A stretch of 59,800 nt of DNA, filler included, from Sphacelaria rigidula (Eukaryota): assembly GCA_964200075.2 (NCBI GenBank). It is 7 parts of 7 records of this genome, joined end to end, with 100 filler letters (N's around TTAATTAATTAA, not from the genome) between each part and the next. Parts side by side here need not be neighbours in the genome. Positions count along the whole stretch, not along the records: positions 1 to 8,459 come from CAXNAA020011071.1; positions 8,560 to 17,017 come from CAXNAA020011072.1; 5 more parts are not named here. The stretch is one strand, 5' to 3'. The notes under the pieces are model-generated. The model was not told where the DNA came from. It searched no databases and was given only the letters and a program-made list of their open reading frames with translations. Numbering within the stretch: position 1 is the stretch's first letter; the number at the start of each line of letters is the position of its first letter. Shown here in pieces: positions 1 to 12,896 of the stretch. A program made the translations under genes and the position numbers.

Positions 1-555
1 ACGTCACGATCCAGACTCTGATGCCCACCTGTATTTTTGCGTTCGAATACGGTTAAAGGTAACCGAGGCATGCGTCCAATATGAATTTCATTCGGCGACA
101 ATCCCGTAGCGGCATTGACTGAATTGTTGTAGTTCATCTGGACAAGGGGCAGGTGCACATCCCCGTGCATCTGTCTCTCACTCGCTACAGCAGCAAGCAT
201 CTGCGCCATCGTATGGTTCACTCGTTCCGTTCCACCATTGGTGGAAGGGTGATATGAACTAGTAAAAATGCGATGAGCACCCAAAAGGTCACTGACGGCG
301 GCAGAACGTTTGCCTGAAAAATGCGGGCCGTTCCCAGATAATAAACGTTTGGCCACACCCCACAGTGGGATGTACATGTAGACAAGAATGTTGGCGGTAC
401 CTTCCGCGGTATAACTACTGGGGGGGGACGGCGTACATCACCGCATGTCGACTAAATCTACCCGTAAACAACAAAATATACTTATTTCCACTATCCGTCA
501 GGGGCAAAGGACCAAACTGGTCCCACGACACTACCTCACCAGGCCCATTTGGGAA
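1..555 (-). pseudogene. Degenerate Ty3/Gypsy integrase core fragment, inverted paralogue of about 1250-1805
   Basis: The reverse complement reads PNGPGEVVSWDQFGPLPLTDSGNKYILLFTGRFSRHAV...YHPSTNGGTERVNHTMAQML...GGHQSLDRD, colinear with the + strand integrase. It has a frameshift at the G-run near 420-428, and the SDNG catalytic Asp is lost (SGNG). Confidence 0.9.
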
Positions 556-698
556 CCTCCGGTACCACACCATCCGACACCCTCCATGACGTAGGAATAG
601 AGGTGAACGTTCCGTTTGAGAATACACTGACCACCCCTTCTGCCCTTGATCCCAATAACGCCTCGTGTCCATCCCACCGCGATTCGATCCCCTGAGTT

Positions 699-2933
699 TT
701 GGACGACCCCTCCGACAGTGTATCCAAGGAACTGACGCTCTTTTCTCACGCCGATTGGGCCCGGGAACAGCAAGCTGAACCTGCTTGTGATGCAGCTATA
801 CGTTATCCATCCAAAGGATGCCCCTTCCCCTTTCCAGAAGCTGAGTTCCCTTTGCCAGTAGGCCCCCACCGAGCCCCCACACAGGATGAAGTTTCTGAAT
901 TATCGCTTAAAGGCATGCTTTATATGGATGGTGATGGCGTTGTTCTTTCAGTTCACCGGCCCCCCACGACCCCTCCTGGAGGAAAATCTACAAGTAGTCA
1001 CGCCCGTTTATTGGGTGATGCCCCCGTACGTATTTATGTTCCGATGCTTCTGCGTCCATGGGTTCTCCGTGAATGCCACTCACAAGCATCCACACATCTG
1101 GGCGTTGCTAGGACATCCCAGATGCTTCAGCGTTATCTTTGGTGGATTTGTATGGACCAATGTGTGCGTTGGTGGGTCCGGCGGTGTTTTCTTCGCCAAG
1201 CACGCAAAACCTCGCGTCAAACAGTTAGATGGCCGGTAATCTCTATGCCCCTTCCCAATGGGCCTGGTGAAATAGTTTCATGGGACTACTTTGGCCCTCT
1301 GCCCCTCCCTGATAGTGGTAACAAGTACACTTTGTTGTTTACGGATCGGTTTAGTCGACATGCTGTGATGAATGCTGTTTCGGAGGCCAATTATAGTGCA
1401 GAAGGGACTGCCAACGTCCTTGTGTACACATACATCCCTCAGTGGGGTGTCCCGAAACGTTTGTTATCTGATAACGGCCCACATTTTGCCGGCAATCTTT
1501 CTGCCGCGATCAGTAATCTCCTGGGTGCCCATCGTATTTTTACTAGTTCATACCATCCGTCCACAAACGGTGGGACCGAACGAGTCAATCACACGATGGC
1601 GCAAATGCTTGCCACAGTGACCAATGAGCGACAAATGGACTGGGATCTGCACTTGCCCCTTGTCCAAATGAACGACAACAACTCCGTCAATGCCGCCACA
1701 GGCTTGGCTCCCAATGAAGTTCATATTGGTCGTATGCCCAGGCTGCCATTGACAGTGTTCGACCGGAAACCCCCTGGTGGTCATCAGAGTTTGGATCGGG
1801 ATATCGTGGAGTATCATATGTCTATTAGTAATCGTCTTCGTCTTGCATATGAGGTGGTACGGGAGCAGAATTTGATCAACGCAGCAAAGGTAGCTAAGGC
1901 AAACCGCGTGTTGGATGATGCAGTGAACCACCGTCCGGTCTACAAAGTAGATGACTGGGCATGGGTGTATCACGATGTGAGAACTGTAACCCAAGGTGCG
2001 AGCTCTGCTAAGTCGTCGTCGGATAAGGGGTTGAAGTCGAAGCTTTGCTTGAATTGGACTGGTCCTTGGAAGATTTTGGCAGTTGGGCCCTGTGATACCG
2101 CCCCTGACGATAAACCAGTAGGGGAGAAGCTTTTGGATTTGGATTTTCCCACGGATGAACCTGGCGTCAAACCCAAAAACCGGGTCTCGATACTCCGGTG
2201 CAAGCCGTGTCTGCCCCCTCACGACACTAGTGACCTGCCCAAGCAATTGCCTATGGGGCTCAGTCAGTATGTGCTAACCAGGTATGCGGCGAAATCCCCA
2301 CCGTACCACATGACGGTTGAAGACGCTGACGGTCCTCTTGAACGTATGGTGGTAGATCGCATCTCGGGCCACCAATTAGTTCGAGGTCGCGGCGGTAAAA
2401 TTGCGGTTATGTGTCAGACTCACTGGAAAGGCCTTATGCGTGTTACGTGGGAACGGGAGGAGGATTTGCGTCATTTTCGAAGAGAGATGCTTTTATATTG
2501 GGTCGGAGATGTCATCCAACACCGCCCGTTGAACAAACGACATAGGTCTATGCGAAAAGGCGCAGCAGCTCGTGAACTGGCCCGAGAACACTCGGCACGA
2601 TTTGTCATATCGGGCTATAGTCTGATTTCTCATTCGCAATACCTGCGCTCTTTTTCGAAGAACCGTTTGCCGAACGGTGCATATTTTTGGTACAGGGCTA
2701 TGGATTCGCGGTGGTGGCTGGGGAAGATTCACTTGATAGACCCTGAGGCGGACGATTCGTACTACATCCGCTTCCTCGATGACCCGGGATCTCTCAAGAT
2801 CCGTCTCAACGACGATTACTACACCGAGATGCCGACCGCCCGCCGAGGATCTTGGTGCCTACAACGACACGACAAAGGGGACATCGACACAGCTGTCTTG
2901 CGCAACCCCGACACGGCGTGGGACACGGAATAA
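699..2933 (+). mobile_element. Ty3/Gypsy (chromovirus-like) pol C-terminal part: integrase Zn finger, DDE core, GPY/F module, chromodomain and an extra C-terminal domain; 5'-truncated
   Basis: 744-aa ORF. HHCC-type region ECH..THLG..RRCFLR (last Cys replaced). Catalytic WDYFGP / SDNGPHF / GTERVNHT. LNWTGPWKI. Chromo-like VDRISGH..HWKG..TWEREEDL. An in-frame TGA lies at 693-695 upstream, and no RT/RNase H motifs are seen. Confidence 0.92.
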
Positions 2934-4691
2934 TTTTGATGGCGAATTTGCGTTCCTTCTGATTTTATTCGTGTTCTTTGAAATCCCCCCTGTTTTTTCT
3001 TTTTTTCCTTGTCTTGTCGTTGGTGTCGTTTCCTCAAGTACCGTTGCGAGTCGGTTGTCTGCGTTTGTCCCTACCGCCCATCGTAGTCCCCCTGGTCTCG
3101 TCGTGTTTTGTTTTGCTTTTCTGCCTCCCCTTGCCCTCTCGTGGTCTCGTTTCCCTGACCAACGTGTAGCCCGGTAGCCCACGTTTCCCTCGGCAGTACC
3201 CAGTAGCCGCGTATGTCGGTGTTCTGTAGTGAACCGTTGCCGCGTATGCCTGTTCCTGTATGCAGCTTTTGTGTTTATTTTCCTTTTTGTTAGCTCTTGT
3301 TTTTTTTCCTTTTTGTTTTTTGTTTTTTTCTTGTTTTTCTTGTTTTCTTTTTTTTTGTTCTGCCCTGTTTCCCCTTCTTCTCACCTTGCATGGTCCCCTG
3401 TTTTCCTTGTTTTCCTTGTTTTTGTCTCTGGTTTTTCCTTTTGTACTCGGAGGCGGCCGACGCACCCCGTTGGTATTGTCCAACACGCCCCGTACCAACC
3501 CCTTCCCGGGGCACATACCCGGTGTGTGCGATTGTCCAACCACGTCCGCCATCAACCTCCCTAACGAGCTGGTTCTTTCGACGTACCCTGTTATTCGTTT
3601 TCCCCCTACCCTTTTCTTTGTTTTGCGTGTGTGTATGTGTGTGTGTGTTTTATAGCTTGATACCGTTGGACCCACGTCGGCTTTCGATGACCGGGTTATG
3701 TGTTGTGCGTCCCACAAGCCCTCTCCTTGAGTACCGTCGCAGGATTCTGTGTAATTGCTCGCTGTATCAGGTGTCCCATGTTCGGGGATATTTCTTTTCT
3801 CTTGGATTATGTTCAGTTCCGTTGCTACAACAGTCCGCCAAAACAAAAAGAAACAGTCGTTTCGTTTTTCGCAGTCTCGAGGTCGTACATCCGGTCCGCC
3901 GCTTCGGAAATCAGTACGGTGGTTCGTTTTTGTTGTAGGGTTATTGCTGGCGAGTTATCGCGTTGATGTGCTCGGCGGGAGTTAATCCTCCCGTTTGTAT
4001 GCCCACCCTCTCGATTTTCTCGTCTAAACGGGCATGTATCTAAGAGCGGACCGCATCGGCCCCTCTTTCTTTATACTTGCCGTGGTTCACCACGAACGCA
4101 TCGGATTACCCGCCTTGTTGTTGTTGCCTTTTCAATTCGATGGGCCGCACTTCATCGTCACGTTGGTGCATCATGTTGCCTCACGGCTGCATGTTGCTTT
4201 TGGTTTCCGGTGTCTTTCGCTCAGCGATTTTCTTTTCCCGCTTGAGCATTCAACACCGTCGCGTTCTACTGATGAACGAAGTGTGCGATCGTTTGTGCTT
4301 CCCCGGTACTGTGAAACGCCTTGGCGGGCTGCTTAACAAACTCTGACAGCGGAACTGGACGTCTAATGAGACATGATATCCCCTTCGCATGATGCAGTCA
4401 AGCTTTATATCAACGTTTTGTAGCGGACGGACTACTGGCTTGTTTTTCGTTTTTTTGCTGCTTTAGTTTTTTTTTTCATGGCGGAATTGCCCTAGATTCC
4501 CGTATATTTCGTAGCTTCTGGCGCCATGTTCCCGAAGGTTGTCGTTTCTTGCGTTTTTCACACCCTTCAGATTTCTTTTTCTTTTTCCATGTATCGTGTT
4601 GCCCTCTATGTCCCCGTATGTCCCACATTTTCTTTTCATTATAGTATCTTGTTTTGCTTTTTTATTTTTTCTGTGGTGTGGGGGAATGGAA

Positions 4692-5425
4692 TGTGTGGGT
4701 AAAGCAACCTCGGTTCACTGCATTCTCCTGCGATTGCTTTACCCATTGGAGGCTAGTGTGATATGATGTGAGTGAAGGACGTAGCCATGATCTTGGGAAA
4801 AAGTGACATTGAATTATGGGACATTTTCATGCTCAATTAGCGGAGAATTCGCTGTCCCTTGAGGTTGACGTTCTACGGAGAGTATGTATTTGAATTCGAA
4901 AAAATATAGTGACCCAACCATGGCATGAAGTGACGAGGATGCATTTTGGATGTATGGTATGACCTTGGCTATGTTGATTTAGGGGGCGGCGAAGCGCGTT
5001 CAAAATAGTAGCCCTACGCTCACTCACTCTCTCTTCTCTTTCCGGTTTTTGGCTGCGATTCACCAGTTACCCATTGGAGTATCTACAGACCTCGAGAAAG
5101 TGAGTCCCAGAGATAAGAGCAGTAGTCGGGCTGCTGTTTTGTCTGGTGTGTTTTATTGATCAAAGCTTAGGCCTGTTTCGGTTTGTGTTGTAATTGTGTG
5201 CTATAACTGAGCTGTAGATGAAGCTCGGATACAATCAATTGCGTGATAAAGGTGCTATTCTGGTCTTTATTATTTGCTCGTTGTCTCATTTGTGAAACGA
5301 CTGTGGTCAGCCTGCGCTGCTGAATTGAGTGATCAAACAACGTACGCAGAGGTCTGAACCTGGAACAATCTTGGTGAACACCATTACAACCTCCCACCAG
5401 GTGCCTTCACCCCTTTCACATCACA
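4692..5425 (+). mobile_element. Probable 3' LTR of the Gypsy element, preceded by a polypurine tract
   Basis: Purine-rich GGGGGAATGGAA (4680-4691) is directly followed by TGTG. A candidate end CACA lies at 5420 or 5425, where unrelated repeats begin. No second LTR is available for confirmation. Confidence 0.45.
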
Positions 5426-5604
5426 GTGTACCCGGTCATTATCCAGAATCTTCCAGAATCTACGTGCCGCTAGTCATTATCCATGTCATCACTACCAACT
5501 CAACGTAACGGCGTATTTTTGTCACGCATCTGCATTTCGTCACTATTGTAATGACGTAGGTCCCACCACAGGTGTGATGATAATACTAAGGCCATATTCG
5601 GTAT

Positions 5605-5698
5605 AATACGGTTTTCTGTATACCCGGGTCATTTTGCCGGGTGTTTACCGTACCCGACAGTTTTGTAATCTCTGTAACACCTTCATACCCGTACCCAG
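5605..5698 (-). repeat. Dispersed repeat end (TACCCG/CAGAACT motifs); inverted copy at about 39290-39397
   Basis: tacggttttctgtatacccggg...gtacccgacagttttgtaa...ttcataccc matches the reverse complement of the segment in contig 5. Confidence 0.7.
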
Positions 5699-6657
5699 GG
5701 GGCAGCGAAAAACAAAATTCAGGACACGCAGACCCCAAGGTCGGAAATTTGACCTTTTAAGGGAGGGCGTACTCATTTTTCGCTCACCATATTCGTTTCA
5801 TCATTGGCCACGCATCCCTTTCGAGACGGAGCTTTTGAGGGGGGGGCGGGGGTGGCGAAGGACACCCAGCCGTGTGTCCCCTGATTCACAGCCGAAGCGT
5901 TGGCGGATGCAGTCAGCTGCCGTGGACAGTAGAGATCCTTATATACTGTATATGATATATTGTACAAGGTTCCCTTTCGGGAGGTTGGTACGAGCCTCCC
6001 GGGGGTGACGCAAGTAAAATTCATACGGTTAGGAGAAGCTACTGTTGTATGGAAATGTACAGCAGTGGTCGTGGCTGTACAAAACGTCGCACTTGGTACC
6101 GGCTGTAGTTCGGAAATATGGGAATTTGGACGGAGGTCGACGGCGGAACCGCCGGCGTAGGACGTGTGTGGTATACCCGAGGTGCCAGAGTGCAAAGTAA
6201 CTCTCGTGCCCGGAAGACATGACTGAGGGAGGCACTTCCAGAAAAATGGGGTGCGTGAAACATTCTTGGCATGTTCTTTGTACATCACTGTGACTTCCAC
6301 ATCACCGGGAGTTTTTTCAAAAGACTGCTGCCGAGATAGCCCCCCCCCCCGAACCGGCCGAAAACGTACACGGAGGCGGAGATTATAAATGCCGTAAGCT
6401 GGTACCGTGCTGCACGACGCGACTCATTTGGGCGCGTTATAGCTGATTTCGGACTGCTACATGCCTCTCATGTTGGAGAAATTGCTGCAAACGACCCCAA
6501 TAGTGGGATCGCAGCCGGATTGTCGGACGGTCTCCGGTGCACTTTTGTTGGGGGGCTATATCGATATTAGTCAAAACAGGGTGATGTTTTTTGCGGCAAA
6601 ACATTCCTGTGCAGCGTGCTGCTGTACCTTGTTCAACTCGCCAACAGCCCATTGCAC

Positions 6658-6905
6658 GACGCTTTCTACGATAGCCCTCCCCGCAAAACCAGCCAAAAAG
6701 TAAAAATGGACATACAGTGCCTGATGCTTGGGTTCAGGCTGCATAAAGCGCCTTATATGGGCGACATTGGCGAGAATGGACCCAAGCGTGGGAATGCCCA
6801 GCTGCTCGCTGTGCTCGGCGTTTTCCATTTCGGTTTACGTGAACATTTTCCATCCCAAAAGTAGGCACTTATTGGGGGGGGAGGGGGTCTATCGTAGAAA
6901 GTTTC
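6658..6905 (+). mobile_element. MITE family A (about 250 bp; TIR GACACTTTCTACGATAGC(C)n; 4-bp TSD GCAC)
   Basis: Terminal inverted repeats ctttctacgatag / ctatcgtagaaag, with GCAC on both flanks (6654-6657 and 6906-6909). Homologous copies lie at 22556, 25281 and 8604. Confidence 0.85.
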
Positions 6906-7254
6906 GCACGGTCTTGTGCTCGCTGCTGACTAAGGCCAAGACAATGTTAAATTGTTTTCAACTGTTTTGCTCTCATATTCACGTGACATTGGTGGCATAA
7001 CCGGTGTGTTCGTGCTCCCAAATGAACGAGAACGCGACGAAGAGAAACACGGGGGGGAAATACCCTGCAAAGAGTGATCTTGTTTCAAGTTTTTCATTAT
7101 TTTCAACAACAGGCATTTGTGGTTCAGGTGCCTGTTTGAAGTTTTCCTTTATCTTGAAGAGGTCTTTGTGGTTTGGGATCGACACCTCGCGAAAAAGAGT
7201 CGGTTTGATCGATCTTCGGTGGTCAGAACACGCGTCACAGGTATCAAACAGCTG

Positions 7255-7522
7255 ATAATCGAAATTGAAAACGGAGATTTTCACTGAGGATGATAACCCG
7301 GAGGATTAGAATTTTCGTATCCACACCAAATCTTCGAAATATGGTTCCATTCTTCCACCTACCGGTAGGTATTGACAACTCCGAGGGCGTGTAGCAGTTG
7401 TCAATACCTACCAGTAGGTGAAAGAATAGAACCGTATTTCGAAGATTTGGTGTGGATATGAAGATTTACATTCTCCGGGTTCTCATCCTCAACCAAGAGC
7501 TCCGTACTCAATTTCGATGATT
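7255..7522. repeat. Fold-back (long imperfect palindrome) element; same family as 45997-46460
   Basis: Arms of about 125 bp (gtatccacaccaaatcttcgaaatatggttc...aggtattgacaact) mirror each other around a 15-nt spacer. Confidence 0.8.
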
Positions 7523-7967
7523 GGCTGTTATTAGATGACGCCCAAACCTGAGCGGTAATGTACCGCTGAGCCTTCTCAGTGCGCTGCGAAAGAAATCGTG
7601 GGATACAATGCGTTACCGCCAGAGAAAACTCGGCATGCGTGGTGAAAAATGCGAAATAATACGTGTACCCAATATACATTCACTGGATGAAGAGAGAAAA
7701 AGCCCGCGAGTCATCGCTTCGTCCGCGACGATCGAGCATGTATATGTTGCCCTCCGCGAAAATAAACAGACATAAACAAACGAACACGACTGATGAGGGA
7801 GCCTCCAATTACGCAGGTTACGACTTCGAATGCACACCTTTGGCCGCGATTCACACATTAAATTATATTCCAGCATTTTCTACTATAGTACGTAGACTTC
7901 TCTTATAGAAGCCCGCTGCATACGAACGCAATATATACTGTCTGTAGTATGCAGCATAATGTTTACA

Positions 7968-8456
7968 TGTAGGACCACACCCTGTATTGTGTACTGTAGC
8001 CAAATGATACTAAGCCGTAGTTTTCAGTAAAATCGCATGCATGATTGGAGCATTCGCAGGGGACAGGGGATCCTGGGTTGATGACCCTCATCTGTGTGGC
8101 CCCTGGCTGTCTGACTCTTGATGTGGTCCATTGAGGATCACTCCGCAATACCAACAAGGACTTGTCGAGCACGAGGCCAGTGCTACTGGAGGAGTCCCTC
8201 GTGGGTAGTCGTCTTGTCCAGATCGTCTGGCAAAGGCTACAATGTCTAGATAACAGCAAATTATGCGAATTGAGGTTTAACTTCGAGATGAGGTTCAAGT
8301 GGGCAACCCGACTTGTGAACGTTTTTTAGTAGAAGTACCGAGGACAAGCTCTTATTCGGAAGAAGTTACTTGTGAAGGTGAACCCGTGATGCGTCATTTT
8401 CAAAATGTCCAAGAATCGATATAAGTTAGTCGGGTGAGCACTCTTGTTCCTCTACA
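7968..8456. mobile_element. Possible LTR (TGTAG...CTACA)
   Basis: Segment of about 490 bp bounded by the inverted 5-mers TGTAG/CTACA. The TSD cannot be tested because the contig ends. Confidence 0.3.
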
Positions 8457-8459
8457 CCA

Positions 8460-8559
8460 NNNNNNNNNNNNNNNNNNNNNNNNNNNNNNNNNNNNNNNNN
8501 NNNTTAATTAATTAANNNNNNNNNNNNNNNNNNNNNNNNNNNNNNNNNNNNNNNNNNNN
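8460..8559. other. Artificial contig spacer N44-TTAATTAATTAA-N44
   Basis: An identical 100-bp linker recurs six times and has stops in all frames. Confidence 0.99.
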
Positions 8560-8603
8560 ACAATCTTTGGTGTGACATACGTATATGGTTTTTTTTTTTC
8601 TCA

Positions 8604-8738
8604 CCCCCCCCCCCCCCCCCGAAAAAGTGCCTGGTTTCGGAAGGCAAAATCTTTACATAAATCGAAATAGAAGGAGCCGAGCACAACGAGCAGCTGGGAA
8701 TTCCCACGCTTGGGTTCGTTCTCGCCAATGTCGCCATA
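8604..8738 (-). mobile_element. Partial MITE family A copy
   Basis: gagcacaacgagcagctgggaattcccacgcttgggttcg matches the reverse complement of the 22556 copy. Confidence 0.75.
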
Positions 8739-11515
8739 AAGCGTATCCGGCCTCGTGGAGGGGTATTCCGGAACTGAAACGATTAATTTACTAGTTGACC
8801 GCTTCTCACACTCAGTCGTATCCTCTACTTTCAATCTCACGAAAACATTGTTATTTTAACGTTAACCTTTTCTTACGGTTGACATATATTTTTCGCGGGG
8901 TTCCAGGGGGGGGGGGGTGTACTAAAAGAGAGGGGAGATACCAGAAGTGCGTTCTGCGGGATTCAAAGAGATGTGCACGCCAAGGCAGGGGTACAAGGAC
9001 TTGAAGAGTTTACTATGTCAAGCTTCCTGTGCTGGTGTAAGAAGACGAGCAACATGAACCTTCCCCAGTCGCTGCTGGTCTAGCTCGTACTTGGTGCAAA
9101 TTGACATCTTCATCCTATGCTGGCGTAACAGTACTGCACTGCCTAGTTCTGTCTGTACTGCACGTTGCCCACGTACGATACTTGGTGCAGCCGTTCACAC
9201 CACTCCGAAACTGACACCTGCATCCTGCTATTGTATGCAGCACTTCAAGGCCTGTACTGTCTTCACTGCACGTTGTCCGGATCATTTTCAGCAGCCGTTG
9301 AGTGCAAACTGACATCAGCACCCTACTGTTGAATGTGACAGTACAGACAGTACAGTACTGCCTAAATAGTGTTGCCCGTCTTACACGTTGTCCACTACAA
9401 ACGAGCACACCGACCACGGAAATATCACGTACAGATAGATGCTCGTCGCTCATGTGCGTTAGTTCCAGCGCTAGTCCTTGCTAATACATACAGGGCGTCT
9501 TTGTTTGGCGGAAATCCATGCTGTATTCGAGGAATACCGGCTGCGTTTGTGTGTTTAGTTTTATAGGCGAAAATCTTCCGCATTCGGACAGCGGTCTCAA
9601 GAAATCTATAGCTGCGCAGACAACATGTATACGGTATATAAATATGTATACATACGGTGTGGGGGGTGAGTTGGACCTGCGCAAAGGGTGTCCAGAGTGA
9701 TGGTCCTGTGTTGGAACTGCGCACGGCTTTCACAGTTTCACAGCTTCGGTGCCCTGTAGACTGTACAGATTGACTCACAGCACAATAGCCGGTGCAGGAC
9801 TTTTGCAGGGTGCTCAAGGGAGCGGGGTCCTGTGCACAGGGGCCACCCGGAAATTGGAATCCTGTGCGGGTTTGCCACGAGGAGCACCCAGGGCTAAAAT
9901 GCCGGTCACAAGGCTGTGATTGGCCTGTCACAGTCGGCGCCACTGCAATGCTATGCAGGGCTCTGCAGTTCACCCACAGGGAAGAACTTCGCCCACGTTT
10001 GAAGTGAGTGCCGAAATATTTGAGGTGGGGAGGGGGGGGAATGAAAGACAATTTTGATGCACACGTGCGTACGTCCTCGTGCCATTTTTTCATTTAACGA
10101 AATCAAGCGGTGAGATGTTAGACCGGGGGCATGCTTTGCTGGAACGTATTCGACCGTGCTGGTTGTGCGATGCAGGTGACATGCCTAGCACCTGTGTAGA
10201 CTTCGCAAACTCTTGTTGCTACGCATGTAGCAACACCGACTGATGTTCTTCCATGAACATGTGTGGTTGCTGGGGGGAGGCATGTCGAATGAAAGCACGT
10301 CATGAACATTGAATCCGAAGCGACGGGAAAAATTGAAGGGCTAGGCGGATCGTCTGTGTCCCCGCTGCCCTACTGTTGATGCTAGTGAACACCATGACCT
10401 CACGGGAGACTGGCTAAAGTAGTGCGGGCGTTGTGTATAGATGCTCCAAGTGTGGCCTCTTGTTTCGTGGATGTACTGCAGTACTATGGAGCACGCACAG
10501 GTGGATGAGTTCTAGAGAAATCATCTGAGTCCCTCGATGGGGACCAGACGACAACCAACAATAGCAAAGCGAACCTCGAGGACGTTTGTGGGCAGGCAGA
10601 TAGTCATGCACAGGAGGGTAAAGTTCCCCCCTGAGGGTGAAACTGCGAAGGCCCTACGCAGGGGACTCGTGACGTCCCCGTGAACACGTCAGCTGTACCA
10701 TGTGCTACCTCCCAGGGATGCACCTGTGAAGTACTTGCGCAAGGATGTCCCTGTGACAGGGATGAGAGTGATGTTACAGGGACATCCCTGCGCAGGTACT
10801 CCACAGTTGCACCCCTGTGAGAATGCCAGCCGTAATATATACGCACCTACATGCCCTGCCTTGGTCGTGCAACGCAATCAACCGGGTACGAGTAGAGAGC
10901 AACGCCGCGGTAGGGGTGCACTTTTTTTCTTCTGAGATTCTTTGTTGTAGAAGCCTCTCGATGACGAATAACTGGGCCGAAGTGTGCATGCAGCCTCAGA
11001 AAACTTTCCTCTCACGTTGTCCGCATAATATTTACTACAGCCGCTGTACTACTACTGTACTGTTGTGTGCAAACTAACACCTACACCTCACTGCATGAGG
11101 CAGCACAGACGTGATCTACTGTCTGTGCTGCAGGTTTTCGAGAGCACGGTCGATGCCAACAGATTATCAACCCCCGACACCCTGCGTGCGCCGGGATAGC
11201 GAAGCGAAGCCTGTTCTGGCGTGTAAACGGCGCTGGGGATGCTCGACATTGCTGTCAGAAGAGCCCCGCAGATGAAGAAGGGCACAAACATCTTCAGGGT
11301 TGGCGGGCGTTGACAGTCTCGCCGAGTTTCGAATAAAAAATACGAGAGAACAAAACAAGCCGATCTCGATTTGTATTTTTTGTTTTAAATACAAAAATAA
11401 ACGCCTGAAAAATATCAGTCGGGAGGGCTCATCTCGTCAAATTTTCCTTGTATTTTTCCCCGGAATTTTTGTGAAAGTACGACCCGTGAAGGCCGTGTCT
11501 TACAGCGCGTCTTAG

Positions 11516-11679
11516 CACGTTATTTTTCGGTCGAACATGTGCGGCGGATAACGAAAGCTCCGACCTGATCGGTCGTGATTTCAAGTATCGTACTTTATTC
11601 TGAAGATGGTTGAAATCGCGACCTCTCAGATGGGAATTCTTGTTTTCCATCGTACATTTTTGATCGAAAGATCATGTGC
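11516..11679. mobile_element. Palindromic MITE (TA|GCAC...GTGC|TA); second copy at 30790-30956
   Basis: tcttagcac...gtgctaaga termini and an internal inverted symmetry (gtcgtgatttcaa / ttgaaatcgcgac) shared with the contig 4 copy. Confidence 0.7.
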
Positions 11680-11809
11680 TAAGAAAGACCTTGGATCATC
11701 TTTCCTGGCAGTCACCATTCTCGACTTTTTTCAACATCGGGGGAAAAAATCAGGGAACGCATTTTATGGGCTCCGATTTCGACTAAATCGGGGGAGACAA
11801 CATCGAGGT

Positions 11810-11879
11810 GTCACGAGTTCGGAACGATTCCCCCGATTTTTTCGAGAACAAATCGGGGGAATCGTTCCGAACTCGTGAC
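11810..11879. repeat. Perfect 30-bp inverted repeat with a 10-nt loop
   Basis: gtcacgagttcggaacgattcccccgattt / aaatcgggggaatcgttccgaactcgtgac. Confidence 0.95.
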
Positions 11880-12896
11880 TCTCCTCGATTCTTAGGAGGT
11901 GACGTACGTACATTAAGGTACAATGGTATAGTACGAGGCGTTTGATATTTTGCAACCGCAGCAGAAGACCGTCTCGTGACAGCGCAGGGCGTGCCTGCCC
12001 GCGCCAGCTGCTCACGCAGCTTCGCACGGGTTTGACAAGCGGATAACAAGTGTTGACGCCGTGCCCTGCGACGATGGTAATACTTTGTGCTGAACTGTGC
12101 TGCCTCATGTATCACTATAAAGAAAGGTACTGTACTCTCTTAGTCTGTTGTCGCTGTACTTGCAGGGTGATGTATGACACTGCAACACTGAACTTTTCTC
12201 GTGCACTGTTTGTTCATTGTTCTCGTAAAATACCGACCGTGCCATCATGTACTACCACACCGCATTATCATGTACTGTAATGACGGAGTATCCTGCACTG
12301 TATTACCCTAGGGTACCAAGGTACGACACTGTGCACTCGAAGGATTATTCACCGCCTGCCTGCTCTTCAGCTTGATGCATGAGTACGCAATACCACACTC
12401 ATGCATCAAATGGCTTGTCTGTGTACACAACTGTGATACTGTCTGTACCATAAAACGCCGCCCCCCCCGATTTTGATCATATTTGCGAACTCAAAATCGT
12501 GGGGACCGTTTTATGGTTTTACGATTTCTTGAAGGGCGGTTTTCTACAGGACGGGTCATGCTCTGGAAGGGGTGAACACTTATCATACACCAATTTTCAA
12601 AATCATCGCGCGCGCGTCTGCCCACAGTCCCGCACGACCTTACTCAGGGGCAGTCAACGATCAACACCTTCAGCGCCCACTCCACCACTACAATATCACG
12701 ATGACTCACACTCTCATGCCGAACATGTGAATCACCACCTAGTAGTAGTCTTCATGTGCCATGAGACGCCTGGCGTCGTCGTGTGCACCAAACATGCCGG
12801 AGCCATCGTGGGCAGTCGTCAGGACGCTACAAAACGTCGTAGTATGCATGGACTGGGATCCGCCAGGCCAAGGCAATGTCTGCGTTCTCGTCCGTA

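Noticed and set aside
3034..3938. 270-aa minus ORF and overlapping Phe-rich plus ORFs
   Set aside because: They are by-products of T/C-rich low-complexity sequence and show no domain signal.
8504..8515. TTAATTAATTAA as a biological motif or piggyBac target
   Set aside because: It is embedded in N runs and is a synthetic linker. ORFs crossing the spacers are also invalid.
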